A DNA stretch of 64,000 bases from an uncultured bacterium (GTDB lineage Bacteria > Chloroflexota > UBA5177 > JANWHV01): the NCBI GenBank assembly GCA_963729625.1, contig CAVSOU010000008.1, positions 320,001 through 384,000 of the forward strand. Direction: 5' to 3'. Of this stretch, positions 41,418-51,205 are shown piece after piece. Both the position numbers and the translations under genes were made by a program. The notes under the pieces are model-generated. The model saw nothing but the letters and a program-made list of their open reading frames with translations, did not search any database and had not been told where the DNA came from. How positions within the stretch are numbered: position 1 is the stretch's first letter; each line of letters begins with the position of its first letter.

Positions 41418-42650
41418 ATGAAGGAACCGGCGCAAGGACTGCAAGTTATGATCGGTCTCCGCGACGGCCGGGATGTTGAGCTCCACGACGATGCTCGTGA
41501 GGTACGGCTCCTCGAATCACTGCACTCAATGAGGTCAGCCGAAGGCCTAACCCACAACTTCTACCGTTATCCAGCCAGTATGTCCCCATATCTAGCTCGC
41601 GAGGCAATCGAGCAGTTCACTAAGCTTGGCGACGTGATACTCGATCCCTTCGTAGGCGGCGGTACGACCGTTGTAGAGGCGCTGGCCGCTGGCCGCCGAG
41701 CTGTGGGGATCGATCTGAATCCAATTGCGACGTTCGTGACCTCAGTCAAGACGACACCTTTGAGCGATCGTGACGCGCGCACTATTCGGGATTGGGTTCA
41801 CTGTCTTGACCTGGAGACCGGTGTCTTCAACCACGACGTTGACGCCGAGCTGCGCACGAAGAACATGCCGATCTCGACATCCCGGATATTCGAACGTGCT
41901 CTTGAAGCAGTGGGTAGGCTACCGTTCCGACGGCAGCAGCTCTTCGTCCGCTGTGCCCTTCTGCGTCTCGGGCAGTGGGCCATTGACTGCAAAAGCACGT
42001 TTCCGGATCAGCGAATGATGAAGGACAGGCTGTGCGCCTTCGTCGATGAGATGATCTGCAGCCTTGACGAGTTGGTTACAGTGGCCCGAGCCAAGGGCAC
42101 TTCCAAGAGCAAGCTGAGCAGTAAACGTCAGCTGTTACAGCGATCGGCGGCGGGAATTGACGAAGACGACCGCTTGCGCAACTTACTCGGTGAGGCCCGG
42201 CTTGTGCTGACGTCTCCGCCTTATCCCGGGGTGCACGTGCTCTATCATCGCTGGCAAGTGAACGGTCGACGGGAAACTCCCGCGCCGTACTGGTTGATTG
42301 ACGAACAGGACGGCCACGGCGCCGCATACTATACCCTTGGAAGTAGGACACCATGCGGACTCAACAACTACTTCGAGACAATCACCAAGATTTTCCAGTC
42401 GGTGCGCGCCCTTATGCATCCTTCAGCCTTGGTCGTCCAGTTGGTGTCCTTTTCCGACGTGGCGAGCCAGCTGCCAGCCTTGTTGCAGGCAATGGAAACT
42501 GCGGGCTACGAGGAAGACGCACGAGTGACTGTTGATCGTTCATCGCTGTGGCGCGTGGTCCCGAACCGCCGTCGATGGTACAACCATATCGACCTCTGCC
42601 AGGAGGCGACGCGTGAGCTGCTGCTCTTCCACCGCCCATGCGGGGAGTGA
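41418..42650 (+). CDS. Amino-group DNA methyltransferase, probably N4-cytosine (motif I before motif IV); start uncertain
   Basis: THNFYRYPA, ILDPFVGGGTT, GIDLNP ... LVLTSPPY. Confidence 0.9.
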   Translation: MKEPAQGLQVMIGLRDGRDVELHDDAREVRLLESLHSMRSAEGLTHNFYRYPASMSPYLAREAIEQFTKLGDVILDPFVGGGTTVVEALAAGRRAVGIDLNPIATFVTSVKTTPLSDRDARTIRDWVHCLDLETGVFNHDVDAELRTKNMPISTSRIFERALEAVGRLPFRRQQLFVRCALLRLGQWAIDCKSTFPDQRMMKDRLCAFVDEMICSLDELVTVARAKGTSKSKLSSKRQLLQRSAAGIDEDDRLRNLLGEARLVLTSPPYPGVHVLYHRWQVNGRRETPAPYWLIDEQDGHGAAYYTLGSRTPCGLNNYFETITKIFQSVRALMHPSALVVQLVSFSDVASQLPALLQAMETAGYEEDARVTVDRSSLWRVVPNRRRWYNHIDLCQEATRELLLFHRPCGE

Positions 42651-42681
42651 CGTTGTAGCCCTACTCCCGAAATCCACGTGT

Positions 42682-45075
42682 TTAGACTGCTACCAGGCTC
42701 CGACCAAGAGTCCGAATAATGGGCACGATCACTTGAGCCAGGCCACTACAATGCTGGCTGATTGCATCCAGGTCTTCACTGTCGTCGTCCTCGTGAGCGC
42801 TATCGCTTGCTCCTCCGGCTGTGACGCGAGCCGCCGCGATGCGCAGGTTATGCTTGATCATGCCAACAGCGGCCAGCACAAGACCGTACGTATACCAGTG
42901 CTTGACCAGTGGCTTGTCTTCAGGCTTTGACTTTGCAAGCTCCGTGAGCAGGAACGTGTTGTCAACGTTGATCAGGTAGTCGTACCCACCTTCGCCGTCG
43001 TGCCGGACGCGTGGGGCATCATACAGATCGAATGCAGGGTTCTCTCTCTCCCAGTCCTCTTTGCGTATCTCCCTGATCTTCGGCAGTGCAAGGCCAGGTG
43101 TCCTTAACTGCCCAACTTTGCTGGCCGACTTACCCGAATTGCCGTGCGGCTCGCCTGGTCGGCCGGATTCATGCGCCGCGTCAGGTACTTCTGGCTCTGC
43201 CTTGAGCGTGAACGATGAGGCGAACGGCATGCCTCGGGTCCCGCGGTCAGGGTCGTCCACTGTGACCCTTACCACAATGAGGTCACCAACACTCGCGTCC
43301 CAAGGTACTCTGAAGCGTGTGTCGAACTTGCCGTTCCACAGACGCGAGTGCTCGCAGAGATTTGGTGGATCGAAGGAAATAGCGCCTGGCTGGTTGTGGC
43401 GCGAGAAGTAGTCGTTGACCGCGTCGGTCTCGAACTCGACATGGCAGGTCCTGTTCAGAGGGCAGCCCTTGACCAAGCCGGTCTTTGGCTCGTGAGCCAG
43501 CCGGAAATACGTGGGGAATCGGCGGCCCACGAACGGTGGCGCATCGCCTGGGCCAGTTGACGTGACCAGGCGCGCGCCGGCTGCAAACAAGTTCGATAGG
43601 GTAGGATCCGCGTCCAGCAGAGCCTGGAAGGCGCTCAGGGGGGCATCGGCATCAAGGTGCTTCTCCATCTCTTTCTTGCGCCGAACCTGGTTGATGCGCT
43701 GCAGGCCGGGGTGCTCCTTCAGCGCGGTCGTCAGCGCCTCCTCAATTTTGAAGTACACCTCATTGCGCCGAACGCGGTCACGCGAGGCCATAAAGAAGTC
43801 TTCCCGGACGCGGGCGTCCATGGCTGTGCAGTCGACCGTGACCAGTAGAGGTCGGCGACGATCATCCAGGTAGTCGAACTTTAGCTTGCGCTTGACGAAA
43901 TCGGGCGGAAGCGATCCATGTACCTGGCCGTTGACCATGAACGAGACACCGTGTGGCACATGCCGGTCGATGGTTCCTTCCTTGTAGACGGCGATCTGGT
44001 ATGGAAGGGTCCCGATCGTTTGCAGTGAGAGCGCGGACGAAGCAGGGAAGCCGTCCTCCAGCTTTGCGCTATCGCCGTCGTCATTCTCGGCAACGGCACT
44101 AACCCACCCGCCGATCACCGAGGCACTATAGTAGTTCGCCGCGTAGTCGCGCGTCTCCACGACTCTAAACGGGAGACAGGGAAGGTACAGCAATCGCTCA
44201 AGCTCATAGCGACCCTCGGCGGTTATGATACTCTTGGCTCTCCAGCGATAGTCATAGAGCTTTACGCACGTGCCATACGCAAGGTCGACCGCGTAGGCGG
44301 GGGCCGGGTAATTCTTTCGGGACTTGCCCGGAAGCACTCTTACACCGTCTGCCTTGAACGACGGCACCTTGCCGTTTGGCGCCAGATACACATAGACTGA
44401 GCTTCTGCGTCCGCCAGATGGCAGCATGCGCCGGACAAGCGTGAAGCCCCAGTCCTCAGCTGTGTCGTCGTCTGGGGCGACAGGGCCGTAGGGTTGCCGA
44501 CGCGATGCAATCAGCTGGTAGTTCTCCTGACCACAGAACTGCAAGATACCTGTGCCACCAGAGTTGAATTTCCCTTGTACGAAAGGAATACGCATCTTGT
44601 TGGAGCGTTGTAGCGAAACCAGTGTGTCTGGGAACCTGGCTGGCGTCTGGCCCTCGCCCCGATCGATGATGAGATAGCCCGGGTTCTGCTTGCTACCAAC
44701 AGCGACGACATTGATGTTCTCGGCGAGTGCACTCTGTTCCCTGCCGCTGAGGTTGCTGAGCCGACCTTCACGTACAGCGAAAAAGCGCTCGACAGCTTCG
44801 GTCATCGTCTGGGGAGCGTCGGGGCCTTCAGGATCAATGCCCAGCTCAAAGCACTTCGCCATGAGCATAGCGTCTATGCTATTGATGATCTTCTCCACCA
44901 GAGCAGCTGACGCATCGCTCTGCTGGTTGCCGATCGTAGAGAAGTTGTTCTCAAAGCCCAGGGGCTGCCACACGGACTCGTCGTCAACCAAGTATCCCGC
45001 GTTGCTGAGTATGGCAGTCACGGCGTCTTCGGTCTCTGCTTGGAGTAAGTGGCTGAACAGGGTCAAGGTGTCCAT
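42682..45075 (-). CDS. GHKL (MORC/HSP90-like) ATPase-domain protein, ~800 aa
   Basis: ALVEKIINSIDA (N-box), IIDRGEG (G1), GKFNSGGTG (G2), GTCVKL; AGAAAGGAG RBS. Confidence 0.8.
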   Translation of the reverse strand: MDTLTLFSHLLQAETEDAVTAILSNAGYLVDDESVWQPLGFENNFSTIGNQQSDASAALVEKIINSIDAMLMAKCFELGIDPEGPDAPQTMTEAVERFFAVREGRLSNLSGREQSALAENINVVAVGSKQNPGYLIIDRGEGQTPARFPDTLVSLQRSNKMRIPFVQGKFNSGGTGILQFCGQENYQLIASRRQPYGPVAPDDDTAEDWGFTLVRRMLPSGGRRSSVYVYLAPNGKVPSFKADGVRVLPGKSRKNYPAPAYAVDLAYGTCVKLYDYRWRAKSIITAEGRYELERLLYLPCLPFRVVETRDYAANYYSASVIGGWVSAVAENDDGDSAKLEDGFPASSALSLQTIGTLPYQIAVYKEGTIDRHVPHGVSFMVNGQVHGSLPPDFVKRKLKFDYLDDRRRPLLVTVDCTAMDARVREDFFMASRDRVRRNEVYFKIEEALTTALKEHPGLQRINQVRRKKEMEKHLDADAPLSAFQALLDADPTLSNLFAAGARLVTSTGPGDAPPFVGRRFPTYFRLAHEPKTGLVKGCPLNRTCHVEFETDAVNDYFSRHNQPGAISFDPPNLCEHSRLWNGKFDTRFRVPWDASVGDLIVVRVTVDDPDRGTRGMPFASSFTLKAEPEVPDAAHESGRPGEPHGNSGKSASKVGQLRTPGLALPKIREIRKEDWERENPAFDLYDAPRVRHDGEGGYDYLINVDNTFLLTELAKSKPEDKPLVKHWYTYGLVLAAVGMIKHNLRIAAARVTAGGASDSAHEDDDSEDLDAISQHCSGLAQVIVPIIRTLGRSLVAV

Positions 45076-45103
45076 CAAGTTCTGACGCTCCTTTCTAGGG
45101 CCG

Positions 45104-46273
45104 TCAGGCGACCGGGTCCGACACGAGTTCAAGGGATAGCTGTGCGGTTGAGGCCCGACTGGAGGAGCCTCCCTTCCAACCGGCGGAGCGCAGGTTGGTG
45201 AGTATCTGCTTCTCCTGAGCACCCAGGGGAAGCTCCAGGTGATCCTTCAGCACAGCCTGAGTGGCAGTACGGGCCTGGCGATTAGACACGACGGACCCGG
45301 CGACAATGCAGACATTGTCCCAGAGGGGGTTGACCTCCCTCCCAACAGCCTTTCGCCAGTCGACCAGCTTGAGCTCTGCAAGGCGTTGACGCCAATCCTT
45401 GGGATGGTATTCAAGGAGCGCATTTCCAACGGCGCCGAGGGCGCGCAGCACGACGCTATGCGTGTTGATCTGCTCCTGGCGCAGGAGTTGCGCCGGCATC
45501 TTGTCGTCCTTGACCCGCTGCCAGTCAGGGATTGCAGAGGCGACTTCGGCCCAATACTCGACGGCAAGCGCCAGCTTCTCCTTGTAACCCTTCGTCCCCT
45601 TAGCATCGATTTTGGACCCGAGCAGCTCGCCGGTGGCGTCGTACAAGGACGACAGAGTCAGCAGTTTGGGAGAGCGCAGCGGAATCGACATGCGCTCTTT
45701 GTCGATCATGCCCTTGAACACTGGGACCTCTTCAGTCATCTCCATGGTAAGGGTGGACAGATTGTCGCGGTGGTCGTACAGAATGTCGAGCGACTTAGAC
45801 GTCTTGTGCGCAAAGCGGTTGAGGTCGGAGAACATCTGCTGGAGTCTATCCAGGTCCTCCATCGGAAACAGTAGGACGCTGATGCGGTCCTTCCCGATTG
45901 CGGGACTGTCCTTGAGCGCCAGTGCGATTGCGGCAGCTCGGTGCTGTCCGTCGTTGAGTATGAACTGCATGTTCTCTAGGTCCATCTCGATGGTGCCGAC
46001 ATTCTCGTCACCGTCAGATTGGACGAAGTTCACTGGGCAGTCATAGGAAGCTGTGATCGATGAGAAGATGTAGCCATCCTCATTATCGATCATGTACTTT
46101 GCGATCTCCGGCACGCGCGACGCGTTTAGGACGCGCTGGGCACGCAAGGAGGGCTCCAGCTGCTCCCAGTCATTGAACTTGAAGAAGCGCGGCACCTCGC
46201 TGAGGGCCATCGTGGTTGCATAATAGGATCTCTTGCCGAGTGTGGCGCGCAATGCGGGGAATCTCACTTTCAT
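45104..46273 (-). CDS. dndB: DndB-like DGQHR-domain protein
   Basis: RAQRVLN..RVPEIAKY, YIFSSITAS, INDGQHR-type motif (LNDGQHR), QQMFSDLN, YDHRD; AAGGAGG RBS. Confidence 0.9.
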   Translation of the reverse strand: MKVRFPALRATLGKRSYYATTMALSEVPRFFKFNDWEQLEPSLRAQRVLNASRVPEIAKYMIDNEDGYIFSSITASYDCPVNFVQSDGDENVGTIEMDLENMQFILNDGQHRAAAIALALKDSPAIGKDRISVLLFPMEDLDRLQQMFSDLNRFAHKTSKSLDILYDHRDNLSTLTMEMTEEVPVFKGMIDKERMSIPLRSPKLLTLSSLYDATGELLGSKIDAKGTKGYKEKLALAVEYWAEVASAIPDWQRVKDDKMPAQLLRQEQINTHSVVLRALGAVGNALLEYHPKDWRQRLAELKLVDWRKAVGREVNPLWDNVCIVAGSVVSNRQARTATQAVLKDHLELPLGAQEKQILTNLRSAGWKGGSSSRASTAQLSLELVSDPVA

Positions 46274-46286
46274 GGTCTGCCTCCTT

Positions 46287-46422
46287 AGCTCAGATTACTG
46301 CAGCTCCTATACACCAAGGCTTGAGCTGGCCTGAAACAAGATTATCAGCTCTTGTGATGAGTGTCAAGAGCTCTTAAAGTATTTCGGTAGAGCTCCTATT
46401 ACTTGCGTCTAGCAGCTCCTAC
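46287..46422 (-). promoter_or_regulatory. Sigma-70 promoter of dndB embedded in a phased AGCT(C[C/T]TA) repeat array
   Basis: Minus strand TTGACA(46367-46362)-17-TAATCT(46344-46339); AGCT at 46287, 46302, 46324, 46347, 46369, 46391, 46414. Confidence 0.8.
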
Positions 46423-47132
46423 TTACGAGGTTGCCACCGCCGTCCACAGGAGCCGGTTTCGCAATCCTTCCCCCGATCCCACCGCTGCGCTATCGGGATC
46501 CGGCGGCGCTGTGATCGCCACCCGAGCAGGGAGTCTCTAGTCGTCTGGCTTTGCGGTGTATTTCGGCAATCGCGACAAGATCTTGGTGGATCAGCGATGC
46601 ACCGGGTTGTCGAAAGCCGTCGCTTGCCTGCCCCGAGTGTCATTCATCGCCCGTGAGTGCTGCCGCCCATCTTCGCCAGGCGTGTACCAGCTCAGCGGGT
46701 CAGCACAACAACAACTGGATCGAGCTGCGCAAGTGGGCCTTGTTACCGGCTACACTCGTGGAGAAAGGCGCTTTCGGATTATTCGCGGCCAATATCCATG
46801 TCATAGGCAGCACGTGCCGTATAATGGGCGAACTGTGTGAGTATTGCCGTGGCACGTGGCTGACATAGGCGGTCGAACCGCTCACAACTGTAGGTCAGCG
46901 TACTCGCCTTTTCATCGCGGGTGATGGTACTGCTGAACACGGCTGAGCGCGACCATTTCGGGATTGCGAGCTGCGCATATTCGGGAGAGACCTTCTCACT
47001 CAGGACGCTGTAGTCTCCAATTACCTTTGATGCGGCTGCTTGCAGCTGAGAATAGTGCGCGAGCCATGAGGGAATAATCCCTACCGGCTCTGGCTCTGGC
47101 ACTGTGATTCGTGCCTTACCGTTGTCACGACG

Positions 47133-47220
47133 CACTATCTCGCGGCGCGCCACCACCGCCTTCCCGACCAGGCGCAGCTTCTGATCCCGCAGGCAGGCAC
47201 GCGGCCCGATTTCGTCCTAG
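47133..47220 (+). pseudogene. C-terminal shard of a DUF1998-type helicase
   Basis: HYLAARHHRLPDQAQLLIPQAGTRPDFV resembles the 'LPD.AQ..I....TRPDF' tail of these helicases. Confidence 0.55.
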
Positions 47221-47241
47221 ACGGCGCCCGACCGGCAAGCA

Positions 47242-48124
<883 letters not shown>

Positions 48125-48150
48125 TTGCCACAACGCCAACGGCCACCATA

Positions 48151-48597
48151 CTACGGCTTCAGCAGGTCACTCAGCACGACTACATCCAGACCCTGCAAGC
48201 GATTGAACACCGGATCGTTGGTGATAAGGTGGGTGCAACCGGCAACCAGCGCACTGGCGGCGTGGATGGCGTCCGGTGTGCGTAGCCCCAGATCCGCTCG
48301 GATCTGGGCAGCTCGCTCCAGAACCTCCAGGGAAACATCGACAAGCCGCAGATCGGGCGACTCTTTGAGCAGGCGGCGATATGTGTCCGCAATGAGCGCG
48401 TTGCCCGACTTGAGCGGCGCCACCAGCGTCTCGGTAAGCGTCAGGCCGCTGGTGTGGAGGCTGCACTCGCCCGCACCTGCGCTCCGCCACAGAGGGTAAA
48501 GCAGTGCCGCGTACGGTGCCACGTGTTCCACGCTGTAGATGACACAGTTCGTGTCCAGATAGATGAGGCTGCCGGTTGGCAGCGTCAGCCGTCCCAC
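48151..48597 (-). CDS. VapC-family PIN toxin
   Basis: IYLDTN, LTETL, LRTPDAIHAASA, LITND. Confidence 0.92.
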   Translation of the reverse strand: MGRLTLPTGSLIYLDTNCVIYSVEHVAPYAALLYPLWRSAGAGECSLHTSGLTLTETLVAPLKSGNALIADTYRRLLKESPDLRLVDVSLEVLERAAQIRADLGLRTPDAIHAASALVAGCTHLITNDPVFNRLQGLDVVVLSDLLKP

Positions 48598-48818
48598 GTA
48601 TCGCGCTCGGCACTTATGTAGGCATCCACCTCGTCGGCAGTCGTGAACAGCTGCTGCCCGGCACTCTCCTCGAGCAGCTCGATTGCGTGCCTGGCAGGCG
48701 TGGCCGATTCCAGCTCAATGGTGACACGGACGCGCTGACCAGGCGCCAGTTCCGGGACACACACGGCGAGCGTGCCGTCAACGGCGACCACGGCGCTGCG
48801 ATGCAGGGACGAGACCAT
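48585..48818 (-). CDS. Cognate antitoxin
   Basis: Small gene overlapping the toxin; 'DEVDAYISAERDTWD'. Confidence 0.82.
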   Translation of the reverse strand: MVSSLHRSAVVAVDGTLAVCVPELAPGQRVRVTIELESATPARHAIELLEESAGQQLFTTADEVDAYISAERDTWDG

Positions 48819-48911
48819 TGTATGCCTCCAGATTGCCGTCGATTTGACTTGTATGGTACCAGATGCACATTGGTGCCGGGCGGCACCGCTCGTTAGGTTA
48901 TCGTGCAGCGC

Positions 48912-49172
48912 TCACTCACCATAACATCTTCGAACGCCCTGGCGCCTGAACCATACTTCCAGAAATGGTTGCGCGCGCTCGCAGACCCTTGGTTGCGGAA
49001 TGCCCAGGGCGGCCGCGGCCTGGACTCGGGTCCAGCCTCGCTCTACGATGGCGTCGTGAATCTGGAGTCCCAGGGCAGCCTTAGCCGGCAACTCCTCTGG
49101 TTCCAGCAGGCCAAGATCGGCGAAGATAACGCCGCTGCCATGCACCACCTCGATGTCTTCATCCGTGTTCAT
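48912..49172 (-). pseudogene. HigA-like XRE antitoxin, 3' disrupted
   Basis: GSGVIFADLGL...KAAL...I...GWT..QAAAALGIPQPRV, then homology is lost. Confidence 0.72.
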
Positions 49173-49340
49173 GCTCCTCGCCATCCTTGAGGTGCTTGGC
49201 GTCAAGCTGTCGCGCCCAGGCTAAACGGGCGCGGATCAGCTCTTGGTCTACCCGCGCTATCTCCATCCCGTGGGGTGATTTCTTCTGGAACGCATGCAGC
49301 ACGTAGATGGCGCTCCGCAGCACCACAGTGACAACGCTCA
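49159..49340 (-). pseudogene. HigB/RelE (Gp49-like) toxin, C-terminal half only
   Basis: AIYVLHAFQKKS..G......ELIRARL; N-terminus replaced by the GNAT gene. Confidence 0.78.
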
Positions 49341-49865
49341 CCATCTGCCGGCTGCTCGCAGCGTCGCCTCGATCGTCCGCAGCGGCAGTATGGGCGACAG
49401 CGGCGCATCCAACAGTGGGACCGCGCCATAGCTGCCGTACCATGTCGCTACCCGCGCATTCTTCGCATCGATGAGCAGCGCGACACCGCCTACTTCCGTC
49501 GCGGCCAACAGGCAGCGTCTGCCTGCCGCGAGCAGCAATTGCCCACCCAAGCCCCGCCCCTGCAGCCGGCGGTCGACGGCAAGACGAGCCAGGCGGAAGC
49601 ACGGTACGTCATACCGTGCGAGCCCCCTTCGTACAATCTCCGGCGTCCGCGCATAGTCGACGGATGCAGGGCTCACACTGTAGAAGCCGAAAACGATGTT
49701 GTCGTCCATGTCGTCGACCGCGACGAAGGTCTTGGCGCCGCCCAGCTCATGGCTCCGACGCGCGTGGTGGCGCAGGAATTCATTCAACGCGTCTTCGCCG
49801 CAGTCGAATGCCTCCCTGTTGTGTCGCTTGCCGATCGGCTCTTCATGCCAGGCCGTGAGGCTCAT
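49338..49865 (-). CDS. GNAT family toxin (TacT/AtaT-like tRNA acetyltransferase)
   Basis: [35 protein letters not shown]. Confidence 0.92.
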   Translation of the reverse strand: MSLTAWHEEPIGKRHNREAFDCGEDALNEFLRHHARRSHELGGAKTFVAVDDMDDNIVFGFYSVSPASVDYARTPEIVRRGLARYDVPCFRLARLAVDRRLQGRGLGGQLLLAAGRRCLLAATEVGGVALLIDAKNARVATWYGSYGAVPLLDAPLSPILPLRTIEATLRAAGRW

Positions 49866-50140
49866 GCCTGGCGCGGGAGCGCCCGAGCAGCGGCGAGAAG
49901 CCGTGCGTTTGGCGGAGGCGGATTTTCCAGCAGGTCCAGCACCCGTAGACTGTCCCGCTCGCTGAGGCGCAGGTGCTCTGCTTCTTCGATGATGTCCGTG
50001 GCAGCACGTAAGGCATGCCGCACGACAAAATCCGTCAGGTCGGTGTGCTGCAGTGCCACCGCGCGCAGCAGGATGGCCTTTTCCTCAGGCCGAATGCGGA
50101 GCGATATCCGGTTGTTGTCTTCTACCGCTAATCGGGGCAT
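49862..50140 (-). CDS. DUF1778 RHH antitoxin (TacA-like)
   Basis: RISLRI..EEK..L.RA......LTDFV...A......LDLLENPPPPNARL. Confidence 0.93.
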   Translation of the reverse strand: MPRLAVEDNNRISLRIRPEEKAILLRAVALQHTDLTDFVVRHALRAATDIIEEAEHLRLSERDSLRVLDLLENPPPPNARLLAAARALPRQA

Positions 50141-50157
50141 GAACCTGATCCCTCCTC

Positions 50158-50200
50158 GTGTACGTATTCAAATAGTACAGCGGAACGGAGAAAAGGTCAA
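50158..50200 (-). promoter_or_regulatory. Promoter/operator of the DUF1778-GNAT module
   Basis: TTGACC-17-TACTAT; imperfect palindrome TGTACTATT-TG-AATACGTACA over the -10. Confidence 0.7.
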
Positions 50201-50215
50201 CGCAGTGACGACGTC

Positions 50216-50271
50216 CGCGCCCAGGCTATTCGAGCGCGGATCGGCTCCTGGTCTACCCGCGCTGTCTCCAT
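50216..50271 (-). repeat. Second partial copy of the higB 3' segment (49211-49266)
   Basis: CGCGCCCAGGCTA...GGTCTACCCGCGCT.TCTCCAT present at both sites. Confidence 0.8.
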
Positions 50272-50341
50272 GAAAGACAGCTGCTTCCGATCCGGCAATC
50301 CCTGCCGATGCAGGCGCAGCGGCCTTCGCCGTGCAGGGGCA

Positions 50342-50376
50342 TTGTCAATCCGATTGGATTGTGCTACAAGTGACAC
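50342..50376 (+). promoter_or_regulatory. Probable leaderless promoter of the phd-vapC module
   Basis: TTGTCA-17-TACAAG then 6 nt to the ATG; no RBS; AATCC-GATT-GGATT palindrome in the spacer. Confidence 0.55.
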
Positions 50377-50652
50377 ATGACATCAGTTGGAATTCGCGAG
50401 CTGCGACAACGCGCCAGCGAACTGCTCAGACTGGTCGCGCAAGGCGAGATCGTCGAGGTCACCGATCGCGGTCGGCCGGTAGCGCACCTCGTCCCGGTGC
50501 CGGCAGGAACCGCCCTTGAGCAGATGCGTGCGGCCGGTGAGATTGACCCGGCCTCGGCCGACCTTGACGATCTCCCTGAGCCTCTGGTGTTGCCCGACGA
50601 TGCGGAGACGCCATCGGCTGCTCTGGTCCGGCTACGCCGTGAGGAACGCTAA
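50377..50652 (+). CDS. Phd/YefM family antitoxin
   Basis: VGIRELRQRASELLRLV..GE.VEVTDRGRPVAHLVP. Confidence 0.93.
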   Translation: MTSVGIRELRQRASELLRLVAQGEIVEVTDRGRPVAHLVPVPAGTALEQMRAAGEIDPASADLDDLPEPLVLPDDAETPSAALVRLRREER

Positions 50653-50655
50653 GCG

Positions 50656-51048
50656 ATGGCGGCCACCTATCTGGACTCATCGGCCATCGTCAAGCTGGCC
50701 GTCCGCGAGCCAGAGTCTGATGCCTTGCGGCGCTATTTGCGTCGCCGGCGCCCGCTGCTCTCAAGCGCGCTGGCGCGCACTGAGGTGCTTCGGGCCCTGC
50801 TGCCAGGCGGAGAGTCGGCCGTGGCCGCCGGTCGGCGTGTTCTCGAGCGGGTTGATCTGGTACGAGTGAACGACCGAATACTGAATCTGGCCGGCTCACT
50901 GCTGCCGCTTGAGCTGCGATCCCTGGATGCCATCCATCTGGCCACCGCTACACGTCTTGGAGCCGAGCTGAGCGAGATCGTTACCTACGACGAACGGATG
51001 ATGGCAGCCGCTCGCTCCATGGGCCTCAAGACTGCCACGCCGAACTGA
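50656..51048 (+). CDS. VapC-family PIN toxin
   Basis: YLDSSAIVKL, EV.RAL, LRSLDAIHLATA, TYDER. Confidence 0.93.
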   Translation: MAATYLDSSAIVKLAVREPESDALRRYLRRRRPLLSSALARTEVLRALLPGGESAVAAGRRVLERVDLVRVNDRILNLAGSLLPLELRSLDAIHLATATRLGAELSEIVTYDERMMAAARSMGLKTATPN

Positions 51049-51205
51049 TCCGCCCTGTCCCACACACGGCGCTCCAGCACACGCCAACTGGGCAGGATAC
51101 ACGTCTGTGCCACGAATGTCAGGGTCCGAGTGAGGGAAAATGCCTGTGTGGTAGTCGCGCGCGGCTTGCGCGAAGCGAGATGTGCCCTGGTACACTAACC
51201 GCACC

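Noticed and set aside
45104-46273. Complete Dnd phosphorothioation system
   Set aside because: No dndA/C/D/E or dndFGH in the window
46287-46422. AGCT array as a CRISPR or mini-CRISPR
   Set aside because: Conserved core is only 4-8 bp, the period is 22-23 bp, it overlaps a promoter and no cas genes are present
46430-47130. Short ORFs between dndB and the GNAT duplicate
   Set aside because: No recognisable motif or convincing start; probably decayed foreign DNA, left uncalled
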